Part shown: one piece after another, positions 34,446 through 45,362 of the stretch
Layout: the number at the start of each line of letters is the position of its first letter
Numbering within the stretch: the first letter of the stretch is position 1
From: Cyanidioschyzon merolae
Taxonomy: Eukaryota
Length of the DNA: 64,000 nucleotides
NCBI GenBank assembly: GCA_000091205.1
Contig: AP006495.2
Reading direction: 5' to 3' (one strand)
The notes under the pieces: model-generated
What the model was told of the DNA's origin: nothing
What the model saw: the letters and a program-made list of their open reading frames with translations, nothing else
The model's database searches: none
Made by a program: the position numbers and the translations under genes

Positions 34446-34970
34446 CCATGGCAGCGAGTTTACGCGAGCTGCTTCCACTTGAGCAGAGTGCATAGTCTCC
34501 GTGGCACTGGAGCTCGGGATGATCGGGCAAACGCTGAGAATGCCGTGAACGCAGGCTACGTCTGAGAGCGGCATTCATGAGGGCGCACTCCTGCAAGCTG
34601 CAGTTTGGTGCTTAGTGAACACTGACCCAATGAGCGCTGACTCGAGTTGTATACGGTCGCACGCATCTGCGACGACACTGTCGCCGACAGAATTTCGCAG
34701 TCGATAAAGACTGACCAGTGGACCTATCTCTAGCGGAGAAGTCGCTCTTGCGTGCATGTTTCTCACGCGGATTACCGTCGTTGGTGCAAGTGGCGTACGT
34801 ATCCCGCCCTAGGCGCTTTGCGCCGTTGGTGCTATACTATGATCTAGGTGCTCGCTGTGCTTCTGCAGTTATCGCTGAGTTTGCGATGGCGAGTCGTTGC
34901 ACGTCTGGTACTGGAATTCAGTTTCTATTTTTGTGTGGAGAAAGTGCTACACAAATAGGACTCTCTAGAT

Positions 34971-35012
34971 GTTGTTGTTGCTGCTGCTGCTGCTGGTGGT
35001 GGTGATGGTGTT
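34971..35012. repeat. Compound microsatellite (GTT)n(GCT)n(GGT)n
   Basis: gttgttgttgctgctgctgctgctggtggtggtgatggtgttg seen directly. A near-identical GTT/GCT compound tract recurs at 47362-47388. Confidence 0.85.
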
Positions 35013-35424
35013 GCCTCCAAACGCACGGAACCGGACACGTCAACTGCTGCCTTTTATCGTATGCGACGGAGCAACATTCACGAACTTGACACTATTTGAC
35101 GAGATTGTGGCTGCGGCTTCGACCATGACGTCATGAAAGGTCATACGCCCGTGTACTCGAATAGATGGACGATGGGAATTCCTCGTTACCATCACGCATA
35201 GGTCTGAGCTCTCACACGGTTTCCGAATGCCATGGCACGGTTTTCGCTGCACCAGCGCTGTGCTGCATATCGGCGACGAGAGGCGTAAATATCCCCTGGA
35301 AACCAACTTGCCACAGCAAATTCGACTGCACTCACCACAAAGCAATAAAATAGCTCTGCCGCAGTGTACTCAACCTGCATTTGAGGTCGCTTGCGTTGCG
35401 TGTTCAGTGACGGGATTGGATGCT

Positions 35425-37290
35425 TTACGGTTCATCGGTGACGTGGCGGAGCCCAGTGCGCCGGCCGCGACGAGGTGCCCGTCGCGAGGGCGAGCGGCCC
35501 TCTGCTTCCGCCTCTTCCGTTGGCTCTTCTTTCGTCTGGTCTGACTGCTTCGCTTTGGATGACACATCGGCAGCAGCAGAGGCCTCAGCGCGTTCGCTCT
35601 GTTCAGCGAGGCGGCGCACTTCGGCCATGGAAATCTGATCGACCTCGGAAACCTCCTCTTCACACCGAATCGATCGATCCGAGGGAATACAATGCTGCGT
35701 CAAGATCTCCGCTGTGCATCGCCGGGAAGTCTCGGTCTCAACAACGACTAATTCTTCGTAGTCCAGGTGAAAGCGCATGAAAACGCCCTCAAATTTGCTG
35801 ACAAGTTCCGCCAAATGGGCGAGATTGCGAACCTCGATATCGTTAAAGCGTAAGAGCTGCAGATTGTTCAGGGACTGATAACCGGTCGTTATTTCATGAT
35901 GGATGACATGTGACAGGATAACGACCTGCTCGTTCGGGAATTTTTTCTCACCGTGCATGAGTTTGTTCAAAAGTTTCACCGGCGCCTCAAACTCAAATCG
36001 CTCACCGTACTCGCTGCGGAGGTACGGCTCGGTGAGCACCACGAACACCAAGCCCGCGACGACAAGGTACTCCGGCTGACGCCGTTTTTCATGCACGGGC
36101 ACAAGCTGGGAAGAAGAGCTCTCATCCAATTTGTATCGCACGTCGAGACGTGTTTTGCCTCGCAAAATGCGCAGATCGCACTCGTCTCCGACATATTTCT
36201 CTTTCACGAGAAAGTTGAAGTTGATCCGCTCATTCTTTCGAAACTGCACCGTGCCGTCATTCCCGATCCGATTTCCTTCGAATTCGAGCAAGACATCGTT
36301 CTTCTGTAAAACTGCCGTAGCACCTGATAACGGATGAATGCGACGCAGGAGAACCCCGGTTTCAGAGGCGTCCATGCCGAGAAATCGACGCAGTGCTGAG
36401 TTCTCCAATGCCTGCCAATCGATGCCGGCTGAGCAGAATCCGGTGTACCGGCCGTTCCGCTGCACGTCCGTTAGAAAGTGATTCACCACCGGCGTCGGTA
36501 TGACGTAGCCAACGTTTTCGGCCTCACGAGCGCTGAGGCTCTGAAACGCTATCCCGATGCACTCGAGGCGAGCGTTAAGAGCGGGCCCGCCGCTATTCCC
36601 CGGGTTAATGGCCGCATCGATCTGGACGCTCAGAAGTTCAGTAGCGCCGTGCGCATACTGCTGTATTTCGATACGCGAGACGACCCCCTCGGTCACTGAG
36701 ATCGATTCACCCCCTATCGGGTATCCGACAACGGTAACACGGTCCTGCAACTGAGGCAAACTTCCTAACGATAACGGGCATGTATCTTCGAAGAACGTGG
36801 GGTCGTCCACGGTAAGCAGCGCGATATCGCACTCGTCGCCGATAGCGACGACACGCGCAGTGACCTTTTCCGCAGAGCCGCGCTTCTTTACGCGAACTAC
36901 CGTAAAGTTCTCCACAGAGTGCGCGTTGGTTAGAATGCGATTTCCGTCGATGATGAACCCAGACGATGTCGAATATTCCTGCTTCCGCATCTGCCACGGT
37001 AGGGAGTAGTTTGGAGTGCAGTGCGTCGAAAATACCTTCAAGATAGAGTCTAGCACAAACGACGGGAGGTGCGAGTTCTCTTCGTCGCTCTCCTGGGGTC
37101 GGACGATCGGCGTCGCCGCGTCTGCATCGCTGCTCTCATCGTACCCAGGTGAGCGCAGCGCACCAGTTGAGCCTCGTTTTTTGGATCCGACCTCGCCTCT
37201 TCGTCTCTTTTTCATAAGCCGAGACCGTTGCTCACCCTTGTGGGATTGATCTCCGTACTGCGCACTGAAGACTCGACGCTGCAGTTGCAA
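35425..37290 (-). CDS. Deg/HtrA-family trypsin-like serine protease with C-terminal PDZ domains (plant DEG2/DEG9-like)
   Basis: Catalytic triad context NAHSV...DIALL...GNSGGPAL. FIIDGNRILTNAHSVENFTVVRVKKRG. Disordered, acidic and basic N-terminal region of about 130 aa. Confidence 0.8.
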   Translation of the reverse strand: MQLQRRVFSAQYGDQSHKGEQRSRLMKKRRRGEVGSKKRGSTGALRSPGYDESSDADAATPIVRPQESDEENSHLPSFVLDSILKVFSTHCTPNYSLPWQMRKQEYSTSSGFIIDGNRILTNAHSVENFTVVRVKKRGSAEKVTARVVAIGDECDIALLTVDDPTFFEDTCPLSLGSLPQLQDRVTVVGYPIGGESISVTEGVVSRIEIQQYAHGATELLSVQIDAAINPGNSGGPALNARLECIGIAFQSLSAREAENVGYVIPTPVVNHFLTDVQRNGRYTGFCSAGIDWQALENSALRRFLGMDASETGVLLRRIHPLSGATAVLQKNDVLLEFEGNRIGNDGTVQFRKNERINFNFLVKEKYVGDECDLRILRGKTRLDVRYKLDESSSSQLVPVHEKRRQPEYLVVAGLVFVVLTEPYLRSEYGERFEFEAPVKLLNKLMHGEKKFPNEQVVILSHVIHHEITTGYQSLNNLQLLRFNDIEVRNLAHLAELVSKFEGVFMRFHLDYEELVVVETETSRRCTAEILTQHCIPSDRSIRCEEEVSEVDQISMAEVRRLAEQSERAEASAAADVSSKAKQSDQTKEEPTEEAEAEGRSPSRRAPRRGRRTGLRHVTDEP

Positions 37291-37394
37291 CCTGCAGTCC
37301 AGTTGACGAGACTTCGAATGGCGACGACTCGGCTATGGCGGATCAATGCGCCGATGGGCGCGGCGCTCGACGGCCGCGCTAGACCGCCTCTTCT

Positions 37395-37735
37395 TCCAGG
37401 TGCTGCAGCAGCAGTGAAGATGCCCTGAGAGCGATCAAGCAGAACTCGGCACACGAGGGCATCGAGGTCGATGCACTGGTCCCTCTACGCAGTAACATTC
37501 AATCATGAAGCTCCTGCAGCAGCAGTGAAGATGCCTGGAGAGCGATCAAGCAGAATTCGGCGCACGAGGGCATCGGGGTCGATGCACTGGTCCCTCTACG
37601 CAGTAACATTGAACCATGAAGCTCCTGCAGCAGCAGTGAAGATGCCTGGAGAGCGATCAAGCAGAACTCGGCACACGAGGGCATCGAGGTCGATGCACTG
37701 GTCCCTCTACGCAGTAACATTGAATCATGAAGCTC
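37395..37735. repeat. 111-bp tandem repeat, 3 copies, immediately upstream of the Deg protease start
   Basis: ctgcagcagcagtgaagatgcc recurs at 37403, 37514 and 37625 with near-identical 111-bp units. The repeated 37-aa peptide in ORF 37471..37959 is an artefact of the array. Confidence 0.9.
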
Positions 37736-39364
37736 TGGCATCGCTGGCCGACTGCGGCGGATGCAGGTTGCCAGTGGTATGGGTGGCGCTCGAGCCTTTT
37801 TGGAATGCGGACCGCTCTACATATCAGTGGATTGTACAGGGGTGGGGAGTTTTTTGCGCCCTCATTGCGCTGGCCACTGGTTTTTTCATCGCTTGTTTTC
37901 AGCGTTTCAAAAAAATGCCGATACTGAGTACGAGATATTTCACGCGAAAGCGTGTTTGACACAGCGTCGATCGACGTTTCGTAGGTACGATCCGTTTCCG
38001 GGTATTGCTCGAGGCGGGCGAGTCTCTGTAAAGAAAGCTCTTGCGTGTACTGGTGGCTGTCAGATCAGACCATGGCGAGCCTGACGCCTTCGATTGTCCC
38101 GACGTATGACGTTTGGTCAACTTAACTTATACCATGTCGTGTGTCCGGCTGTGGATCGCGCTCTCCTATTCAACCGGTTTCAACGCGCATCCGCGCCCGT
38201 AATTCATGCACGATATACAGAGCGCATCAATAGAAAGCGCGACGATTTGATTCCTGCATTCGTGATAAGGTCCTGGTCTGATCAGGAACACCGCCTGTGT
38301 GCGCTGCAGCATTTGCATTTCTGTCTGGGTATCATCAAACGGTGCGAATCATTGGTGATCCGCTTTTCTACAACACATCCAATTCTTTTGCGAATGCTCG
38401 CTAGTTACTACAGGATAATCGGAAACGTTTGCCAACTCAGCGCGCTCTCACGTACGCTTGGCCAATATCATTCGTACAAATGTCACCGCTGCGAAAGGCA
38501 CACCGAGGCTGTCCAGAAACACGATGGAGATCACAAGCAAAGCGCAGATTGCAGTTTTTTCCTCGGCATGAATGGTTCAGATTGTAGCTGGAAGCAGCGA
38601 ATTGGCGACATGAACGCTACCATCGACATCCGTCGTCTGCCTACGACGGCGGTGGATGGAAAGCAGAGACCAGCATACTCAACGCCGGATGTAAGAGAGT
38701 GTGGACAGGGAAGCAGCCGCGAAGGATGCATATAAATTCTGATGTTGAAACATGCTGGGAACGGATGCGAGCATCGGTGTGTTTACGGACGTCTACGATA
38801 AGTGGACCGTTTCCATTTCACGCTGACATGGGTCTCGAGACACCTCTCCGCGAGTCCGTGGAACGTCTGGCATGGTTGTTTCCACGCTTGTGGCTGATAT
38901 GCAGCGGCAATTATCGTGGACAAAATGGTACTTTCATGCGAAAGCCGGTGGATCAGGTTTCTTTTCTCTGACAGAGCGTTTTACACAGACCAGCGATCCC
39001 CGAACGCACGTTCGTTCTTAGCGCCCGGCAAAGCATCCAGCGTTCCAACTAGTTCTAAGTTCAACTACGCGTACCTATCCTCAAAGCTGCTTTTTATTTC
39101 TCTCCTTCTGTCGTGTGCCGAGTGCATATCATGAGCGTCCCCAATGGCGCCTATAGCGCAGGTGCGGTCCGAGCACAGAGACCGAACTGCTTCGCCATAC
39201 CAATACGGGCGTCGGCTCGAAGCATGATTCGGTTCTGCACGCGTTGGAAAACGAAACCGCGCTCGCTCGCATACCGTCATCCAACGTACGCTGGAGGTCT
39301 GTCGCTCCCACTGTCCGCGTGTTCCATGTCCTCAGGTAACTAGCTGCCCGCCCGGTTGCACCGT

Positions 39365-40492
39365 CTATGTACTAGAGCAGCGATGGCGGATCTTAAGGCT
39401 TGCTTCAAAGAAGCGCTGGATGCCCTTCCCCATGAACCAAGGAATGCACCATAAATCGTTTCCGTGAAAGTTAAATGCACGCCAGTAGTCTGCTTCTGTC
39501 GCTGGCTTGCTCTTAAAGTAAGGAAGCAGGCTTCGCGCGTCGTGAGTTTTATCGATCGGCAGCGACTGTAACTCTACGCATTGATACCCGAGCGAGTACA
39601 AAAGCTGTACAGCTTTGCTGTAGAGCGGCTCAGGTTGCAGCTCCATGACCAAGTTGAGAACCTTTCGCCGCTTCAGGAGACCCAGCATTCCAAGGAGCGT
39701 CTCATACTCGCTACCTTCGACGTCCAATTTCATAAACCGAATCGTACTTTGTAGCGGTACGCAGTCGGCGATACGAACCGTCCGCAGCTGCACCGCATGA
39801 TCCAAGGCTGCGTCCGGCGACAACGGGATCGCGTGCGTCCCGCCCATATTGTCCGTTCGAGGGTAATACATCAGCGTGTGGTTGCTTTCGCTCCAGACCG
39901 GATGTGGCACAATCTGCAGACGTTCGGAGAATCCGTTCAAATGCGAAGCGAGCAGCACGGCTACTGCCACATTCGGCTGCATCTCGAATGCGATGACGTG
40001 GCAACCTCGATTTACTGCATAGAGGGCAAAGGCGCCAAAGTTCATGCCGACGTCCAGCACGAGCTCTCTACCTTGTCTGCAGCGCTCTAGCACACCTTTC
40101 TCTCGAAACAATAATAAATCAAACAGACGATGAATGTGCGCATCAAACAGTCCGCCGTTCGCCCGCATTGCCGGCGACACGAGGCCATCCCAGTCGCTGT
40201 GGAAAGTTACATAAAAGTATGGCGGAGTGGTTTGAGTTCTGTTCAGCACCATTTTGGAGAACTCTGTTTCCAGAGGTAAGTTATAACGCGAGAGATCTTC
40301 GACAGCAGCAGCCAGTGTAGTTGCACAGCCACTTGTACTGGCACGTTGTTCCCGAAGCCAACCTCTGCTTTTGCTGCCGATCAAAGCCCATACAGTGAAA
40401 ATGAAACAAAGCAATGTGAGAAGCAAAAGAAGCAACCGAGAGCTTTCTCGAACCAGCCGAGTACGGTCTCCGCGCTGCAACGCAAATACCAT
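39365..40492 (-). CDS. FkbM-family SAM-dependent methyltransferase-like, type II membrane anchor
   Basis: N-terminal signal-anchor LLLLLTLLCFIFTVWALIG. VLDVGMNFGAFALYAVNRGCHVIAFE resembles the Methyltransf_21/FkbM glycine-rich SAM-binding region. Confidence 0.4.
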   Translation of the reverse strand: MVFALQRGDRTRLVRESSRLLLLLLTLLCFIFTVWALIGSKSRGWLREQRASTSGCATTLAAAVEDLSRYNLPLETEFSKMVLNRTQTTPPYFYVTFHSDWDGLVSPAMRANGGLFDAHIHRLFDLLLFREKGVLERCRQGRELVLDVGMNFGAFALYAVNRGCHVIAFEMQPNVAVAVLLASHLNGFSERLQIVPHPVWSESNHTLMYYPRTDNMGGTHAIPLSPDAALDHAVQLRTVRIADCVPLQSTIRFMKLDVEGSEYETLLGMLGLLKRRKVLNLVMELQPEPLYSKAVQLLYSLGYQCVELQSLPIDKTHDARSLLPYFKSKPATEADYWRAFNFHGNDLWCIPWFMGKGIQRFFEASLKIRHRCSST

Positions 40493-40902
40493 GAGCTTCC
40501 GCCAGGTCTCTTGTCGACGTAGATTAACCTAGATGGACCCCTTCGGAACCGGATAATTCGCACGCTACTGGGGATTTCCGGTGCTTCGGTAACCGAAACT
40601 GTACCCCCAACAACAATGCAAACCTAGGAAGCGGTTTCGTAGAGCGGCGGTGCAGCGTTTTGCCGCCAACGCCGGACAGCAAGTTTGGGATCGGATCACG
40701 AGCGACGCACTTTACGGGAGAAATTCCAGTGCCTGGCGAAAAGCGTTCGAGCACCGGGACGGTGTGGTCCACGGTGGTGGCACTCTCTATGTGCAGGCTA
40801 TTTACTGGGAAGCAGCTGGTGTCCAAGAAGAGGTGAAAACCCTGGTCCGACCTATACCAGAGGCAGGACCTCTTCACTGTTTCTGGTTTTAACCGCGGAC
40901 AC

Positions 40903-42450
40903 TTGGACGCGATGCGTGTGGGTGTCGTTGGCGCGGGACCTGCCGGCTTCTATACTGTCCAGTCTCTGTTGCGACACGCGGAACTTCAGCATAGGTTGCG
41001 ACGTATAGACGTGTTTGAATCACTACCGGTACCGTTTGGACTCGTGCGGTACGGGGTTGCACCTGATCACCCCGAGGTTAAGCGTGTCACCAACTCTTGG
41101 ACCCAGCTCATGGATCGCTACCGAGCGATCGTCCGCTTTTACGGAAACGTTCACGTCAATGGAAGGCTCTCACTCGACCTTCTAAAGAAGCGATACGCCG
41201 ACGGGGTCCAAGGCGCTGGCTTATTTCTCTGCATGGGTGCTCAGGGTGGCGATCGGAAACTCGGTATTCCTGGCGAGACACCATGTATAGAGAGTGCACG
41301 GGCATTTGTCGCTTGGTATAATGGTCACCCGGACTATGCTGACCGGGTATTTCTGTCCCAACGCGACGGTTGTGTTGCTGGCGGTGGCGAGGCAGTCATC
41401 ATTGGGAACGGGAACGTTGCCCTGGATGTTGCGCGAATGCTGCTGCAAGCACCTGCGCGGCTGCACGTGACGGACTGCAATCCAGTCGCTGTTGACGCAC
41501 TGGCTGCCTTTGGCGCGCAAACGCTTCACATTATCGGACGCCGCGATGCATCCAATGCCAGCTGGACAGCGAGGGAGCTTCGCGAGTTGATGACACTCGC
41601 GCCTGATCTCAAGTTCATCGTCCACGAGGCGATGCGTTGGGCACCGACGCCACCGGGCCTGCAGCCTGCGCAACCTTCGCGCACACAACGGCGCGCGCTG
41701 GAAGTCCTGCGGCGGTATGCCGGCTCGGCTGTGATCGACGAGGTTGGAACGCGTGCGCAGGTGACCCCAAGAACGATCCATTTTTGGTTCGGATTGAGTC
41801 CGGTTCGGGCTTTGCTGGGCGACGACCAGAGGGTGCATCTCATTTGCGCCCCGAATGAGCTTTTCTACGACTCGCTTGGCCAAGTTCAGTGCCGCACGAT
41901 ACAGGATGCAGAGCCGGTGCGGATTACAGCGTCTGCTGGGGCAGTCTTTCGCAGTATTGGGTACGTTGTGAGTGCGCCTTGGGGCTTGCCTCTGGATTCG
42001 AATCAGAACTGTATCCGGAATAATGCTGGGCGAGTTGTTGGCCTCGAGGATGCAGTTTACGTTGCGGGCTGGCTGAAGCACGGTCCACGCGGAGTCATTG
42101 CGAACACGCTGGTCGATGCGCAAGAGACTGTCGCGCAGTTCGTCTCTGATCTACGTCAAGCTGAGCGAGCCACGCAAGCGAGAGCGGATGGCTCACGCAC
42201 CCATGAGCCTGAGGTCGAGGATCTTTTGAAGCAGGCCGGTCACTCGTTCGTCGACTGGGACGGTTGGTTACGCATTGACGCCGAGGAGCAACATCGCGGT
42301 CGCCTCTGCGGTGCTGATCGCCGAAAAATTCTAACGCGCTCCGATATGCTGCGTCTGGCTGGCGGGGCCAGCGTCGCGGATTACCAGCAAAACTCCGGGG
42401 AAGGGTTAGGGAACCGTTCTCATCGCACTCCGGCTGATGTTGCATTCTAG
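40903..42450 (+). CDS. FDXR: NADPH:adrenodoxin oxidoreductase (mitochondrial ferredoxin reductase ARH1/FDXR)
   Basis: VGVVGAGPAGFYT...VDVFESLPVPFGLVRYGVAPDHPEVKRV matches FDXR VCVVGSGPAGFYTAQHLLK...FGLVRFGVAPDHPEVKNV. Second NADP-binding GNGNVALDVARML. Confidence 0.85.
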   Translation: MDAMRVGVVGAGPAGFYTVQSLLRHAELQHRLRRIDVFESLPVPFGLVRYGVAPDHPEVKRVTNSWTQLMDRYRAIVRFYGNVHVNGRLSLDLLKKRYADGVQGAGLFLCMGAQGGDRKLGIPGETPCIESARAFVAWYNGHPDYADRVFLSQRDGCVAGGGEAVIIGNGNVALDVARMLLQAPARLHVTDCNPVAVDALAAFGAQTLHIIGRRDASNASWTARELRELMTLAPDLKFIVHEAMRWAPTPPGLQPAQPSRTQRRALEVLRRYAGSAVIDEVGTRAQVTPRTIHFWFGLSPVRALLGDDQRVHLICAPNELFYDSLGQVQCRTIQDAEPVRITASAGAVFRSIGYVVSAPWGLPLDSNQNCIRNNAGRVVGLEDAVYVAGWLKHGPRGVIANTLVDAQETVAQFVSDLRQAERATQARADGSRTHEPEVEDLLKQAGHSFVDWDGWLRIDAEEQHRGRLCGADRRKILTRSDMLRLAGGASVADYQQNSGEGLGNRSHRTPADVAF

Positions 42451-43140
42451 AAAAGTCTTTATCATGTAAGGTACGAGCGCTTGTAATTGAGGATTCCAGC
42501 CCGACGCAAGTGCCTCCCGTACGCAGCTCAGTTAGCGCGCGCTACGGCAGAATGTCGCGAGAAGAGCGTCTTATGTGCAGAACGAATTTGAGACAGGGCT
42601 TGCAGGCGTCTTTCACTGGTCTGAAATCGTCTGACGGGAGGCGATCAGCATCGGGACCGGCGGCAGCATCGTATCCGCTTTCATCGACGTATCCGCAACG
42701 GCCTGCGTCTTTGAGAAAGCATGCCTGAAGTGCGCATCGGTTGAGCGTCGCAGCTGCGACACCGCACCATTTCCCGCCTATCTGCTGCTTCCACTGGTGA
42801 TGCTTGCGTGGCGAGTGCGTTTTCCGCGAGCTCCGATGCGCGTTCTGCGTCCTGCGCGACTCTCGTTACTAGTGTTTGCGTTACAGGCGAGTTAGAGAAC
42901 CGAAACGATTGCTCGATCTTCCAAATAAAGAAGAATGCAATACTACCTACAATTCCTGCCGATCTATCGCAGAAAAACGCGGACACGTTTATGATAACGT
43001 CGAACTGACTATTGCGGCTTTGCGCTGTTGAGCGAGGAGCGCATGCAGCGACTAAAGTGCTCGCCACATCGATGAACTGGAGACAGCTCTATCGTCCATA
43101 CACCCCGGATGCGCTCTGCGCTCAATATGGTCAATGCGGT

Positions 43141-43440
43141 CGACAGGATACCTGCTAGACTCGTCTTGACTCGATATGCCAATAACTGCGAGACAGGTAT
43201 CCTATCTAAAAAATACGATATTCGCGGTGGAGGTCCACGCTTGCCAGGATACCTGCTAGATTCGTCTTGACTCGATATGCCAGTGACTGCGAGACAGGTA
43301 TCCTATCTAAAAAATACGATATTCGCGGTGGAGGTCCACGCTTGCCAGGATACCTGCTAGATTCGTCTTGACTCGATATGCCAGTGACTGCGAGACAGGT
43401 ATTCAATCTAAAGAATACGATGTTCGCGACGGGGCTCTGC
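43141..43440. repeat. 101-bp tandem repeat, about 3 copies, each unit containing an 8-9 bp inverted repeat (hairpin) with a roughly 39-nt loop
   Basis: caggatacctgctag recurs at 43144, 43245 and 43346. Within each unit ggatacctg...caggtatcc are reverse complements. Confidence 0.9.
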
Positions 43441-44303
43441 CCTTGAAATCTCCTCAGACTCAGCATCTTCTCCACGCACGGAGACTGGGCCAAAGCCAGC
43501 ATAGCGCTGAAACGCCAGTCTATAGTGTGGAATCCCTGATTTGATGACCCGTAGCGTTCAAGTATTCCGGGAAACCGAATCGATGCATCAACCCTGCGTC
43601 TTCCAAGAGGCTTGGCGACCGCTTCATCTTGCCAATGACGCTTTGATGCTGCTGCCTGCATGCGCCTGTTGACGTTGCGTACACGCGTGATGCACCCAGG
43701 CCGTCTACAACCGCTGACAGACGAACAGGGAACCCGAATCGCGCAACGCGTACGGGTATCACGCGAGTCACCCACCGTGCCGCACCCTGTGCCGAAGCTC
43801 CGCCAGTCACCACTAGTGCGCTCCATCGGGGGTTTCGGATCGTTCGTTTCAGCACCCTGACGCCGATCGCCAGCCACGGCGCCTGTAGCGCCGCGACGGA
43901 CGCCACCCGGAGACAAGGATCCGCTTTCCCGTAGCCAAGTGAGCATCCTCAGCGATACCGTAAGCAGGTGCACTCCATCTGTTCAATCAATACATCATGG
44001 GTACGATCCAAGGAGTCCCCGCCAGCCCGCGCCTCGTCAGTGTTCGCAGAGGCGTCCGGCATACCCGGGATGTTTTTCATGGACAAAACGTTTACCCAGG
44101 CCAGCGTTCTCCGATTATGCGCATTTTGCTTCTCTTACTTTTTTGTGAGTGTTTTTTCAGTGCGAGGTGAAGTATCTATCAAACCCCCTACCTCCATGTT
44201 ACATTACCTATACGGCATACCAGGGATACCCATCGCATGCAACGCGTTCGACGGGAAGTGCGCTGAGATTGCAGCGCCAGACGCTGGGCGACAATGAAGG
44301 AAC

Positions 44304-45362
44304 GTGTGGCTCCGCGCTGCTGCGCTTTACGGGGCTCTACGAGCAGCGCTCGCAAACCAAACACCCATGACGCAGGCCAGTCACCAACCGTTGTTCTATG
44401 GACTCTCCGATGGGAATAGGATCCCATCTCTTGGACTCGGTACGTGGAAAGCAGAACCTGGCCAGATTGGGGAAGTCGTGCAGAAAGCGATCGAGCTTGG
44501 TTATCGTCATATTGACTGCGCCGCGGTTTACATGAACGAGAAGGAGATCGGCGGAGCCTTTCGTCGTGTATTCTCCAGTGGATACGTCAAAAGGGAGGAG
44601 CTATTCGTAACATCGAAACTGTGGAACACGTGTCACCGTCCAGAACACGTCGTTGAGGCCTGTAAACAGACGTTGGCAGACTTGCAGCTGGAATATCTCG
44701 ACCTGTACTTGATTCACTGGCCATTTGCATGGGAGTTCTGCGGCTCACCGCTGAATGAGAATACATGGAAAGGTGTCGACGGTGCTGGGAATATTCGTTT
44801 TGACCACGGTGTGACCTTGCAGCAGACCTGGGCTGCGATGGAATCACTTGTGGAGCAGGGGCTCGTTCGGAGTATCGGCGTCAGCAACTATGGCCTGGCG
44901 GAGCTGCATGATCTGCTGTCCTATGCGCGCATCAAGCCCGTGGTGAATCAGATTGAAGCACATCCATACAACTCCCGAGCCGAGCACGTCCAGGAGGCGA
45001 AAAGGATGGGGCTTCTCGTCGAAGCGTACGCACCGCTCGGATCCGGAACGCTCGGGATGTTGCGGGATCCAGCAATCCAGAACCTGGCGAAGAAGTATCA
45101 GGCAACGCCAGCTCAGATATGCTTGGCATGGAACATACAGCGTGGGTGTGTTGTCCTGCCCAAGTCTGTCTCTCCGGATCGCTTGCGGGAGAATCTGGAT
45201 GCCGTTCGCATTCTACTCGACGCTGCCGACATGGACACGTTGAACGGAATGGATCGGGCCCTGTTGGCCTGCGATATGCGCGTCTACTGGCCGTATCCGG
45301 TTCCAGAAGAGGCTGTTCGCCCGGAGCGCTTCCAAAACACATCTTCGAATGGACACTCGTGA
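44304..45362 (+). CDS. Aldo-keto reductase (AKR1/aldose reductase-like). Possible alternative start at 44367.
   Basis: IPSLGLGTWKAEPGQ...AIELGYRHIDCAAVYMNEKEIG...LFVTSKLWNT...LDLYLIHWP...SIGVSNY are AKR superfamily signatures, including the catalytic D/Y/K/H tetrad context. Confidence 0.8.
   Translation: MWLRAAALYGALRAALANQTPMTQASHQPLFYGLSDGNRIPSLGLGTWKAEPGQIGEVVQKAIELGYRHIDCAAVYMNEKEIGGAFRRVFSSGYVKREELFVTSKLWNTCHRPEHVVEACKQTLADLQLEYLDLYLIHWPFAWEFCGSPLNENTWKGVDGAGNIRFDHGVTLQQTWAAMESLVEQGLVRSIGVSNYGLAELHDLLSYARIKPVVNQIEAHPYNSRAEHVQEAKRMGLLVEAYAPLGSGTLGMLRDPAIQNLAKKYQATPAQICLAWNIQRGCVVLPKSVSPDRLRENLDAVRILLDAADMDTLNGMDRALLACDMRVYWPYPVPEEAVRPERFQNTSSNGHS

Noticed and set aside
37471-37959. ORF with a thrice-repeated 37-aa peptide MHWSLYAVT(F/L)NHEAPAAAVKMPGERSSR...
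   Set aside because: It is a direct translation of the 111-bp tandem repeat and lies antisense and upstream of the Deg protease gene. There is no independent coding evidence.
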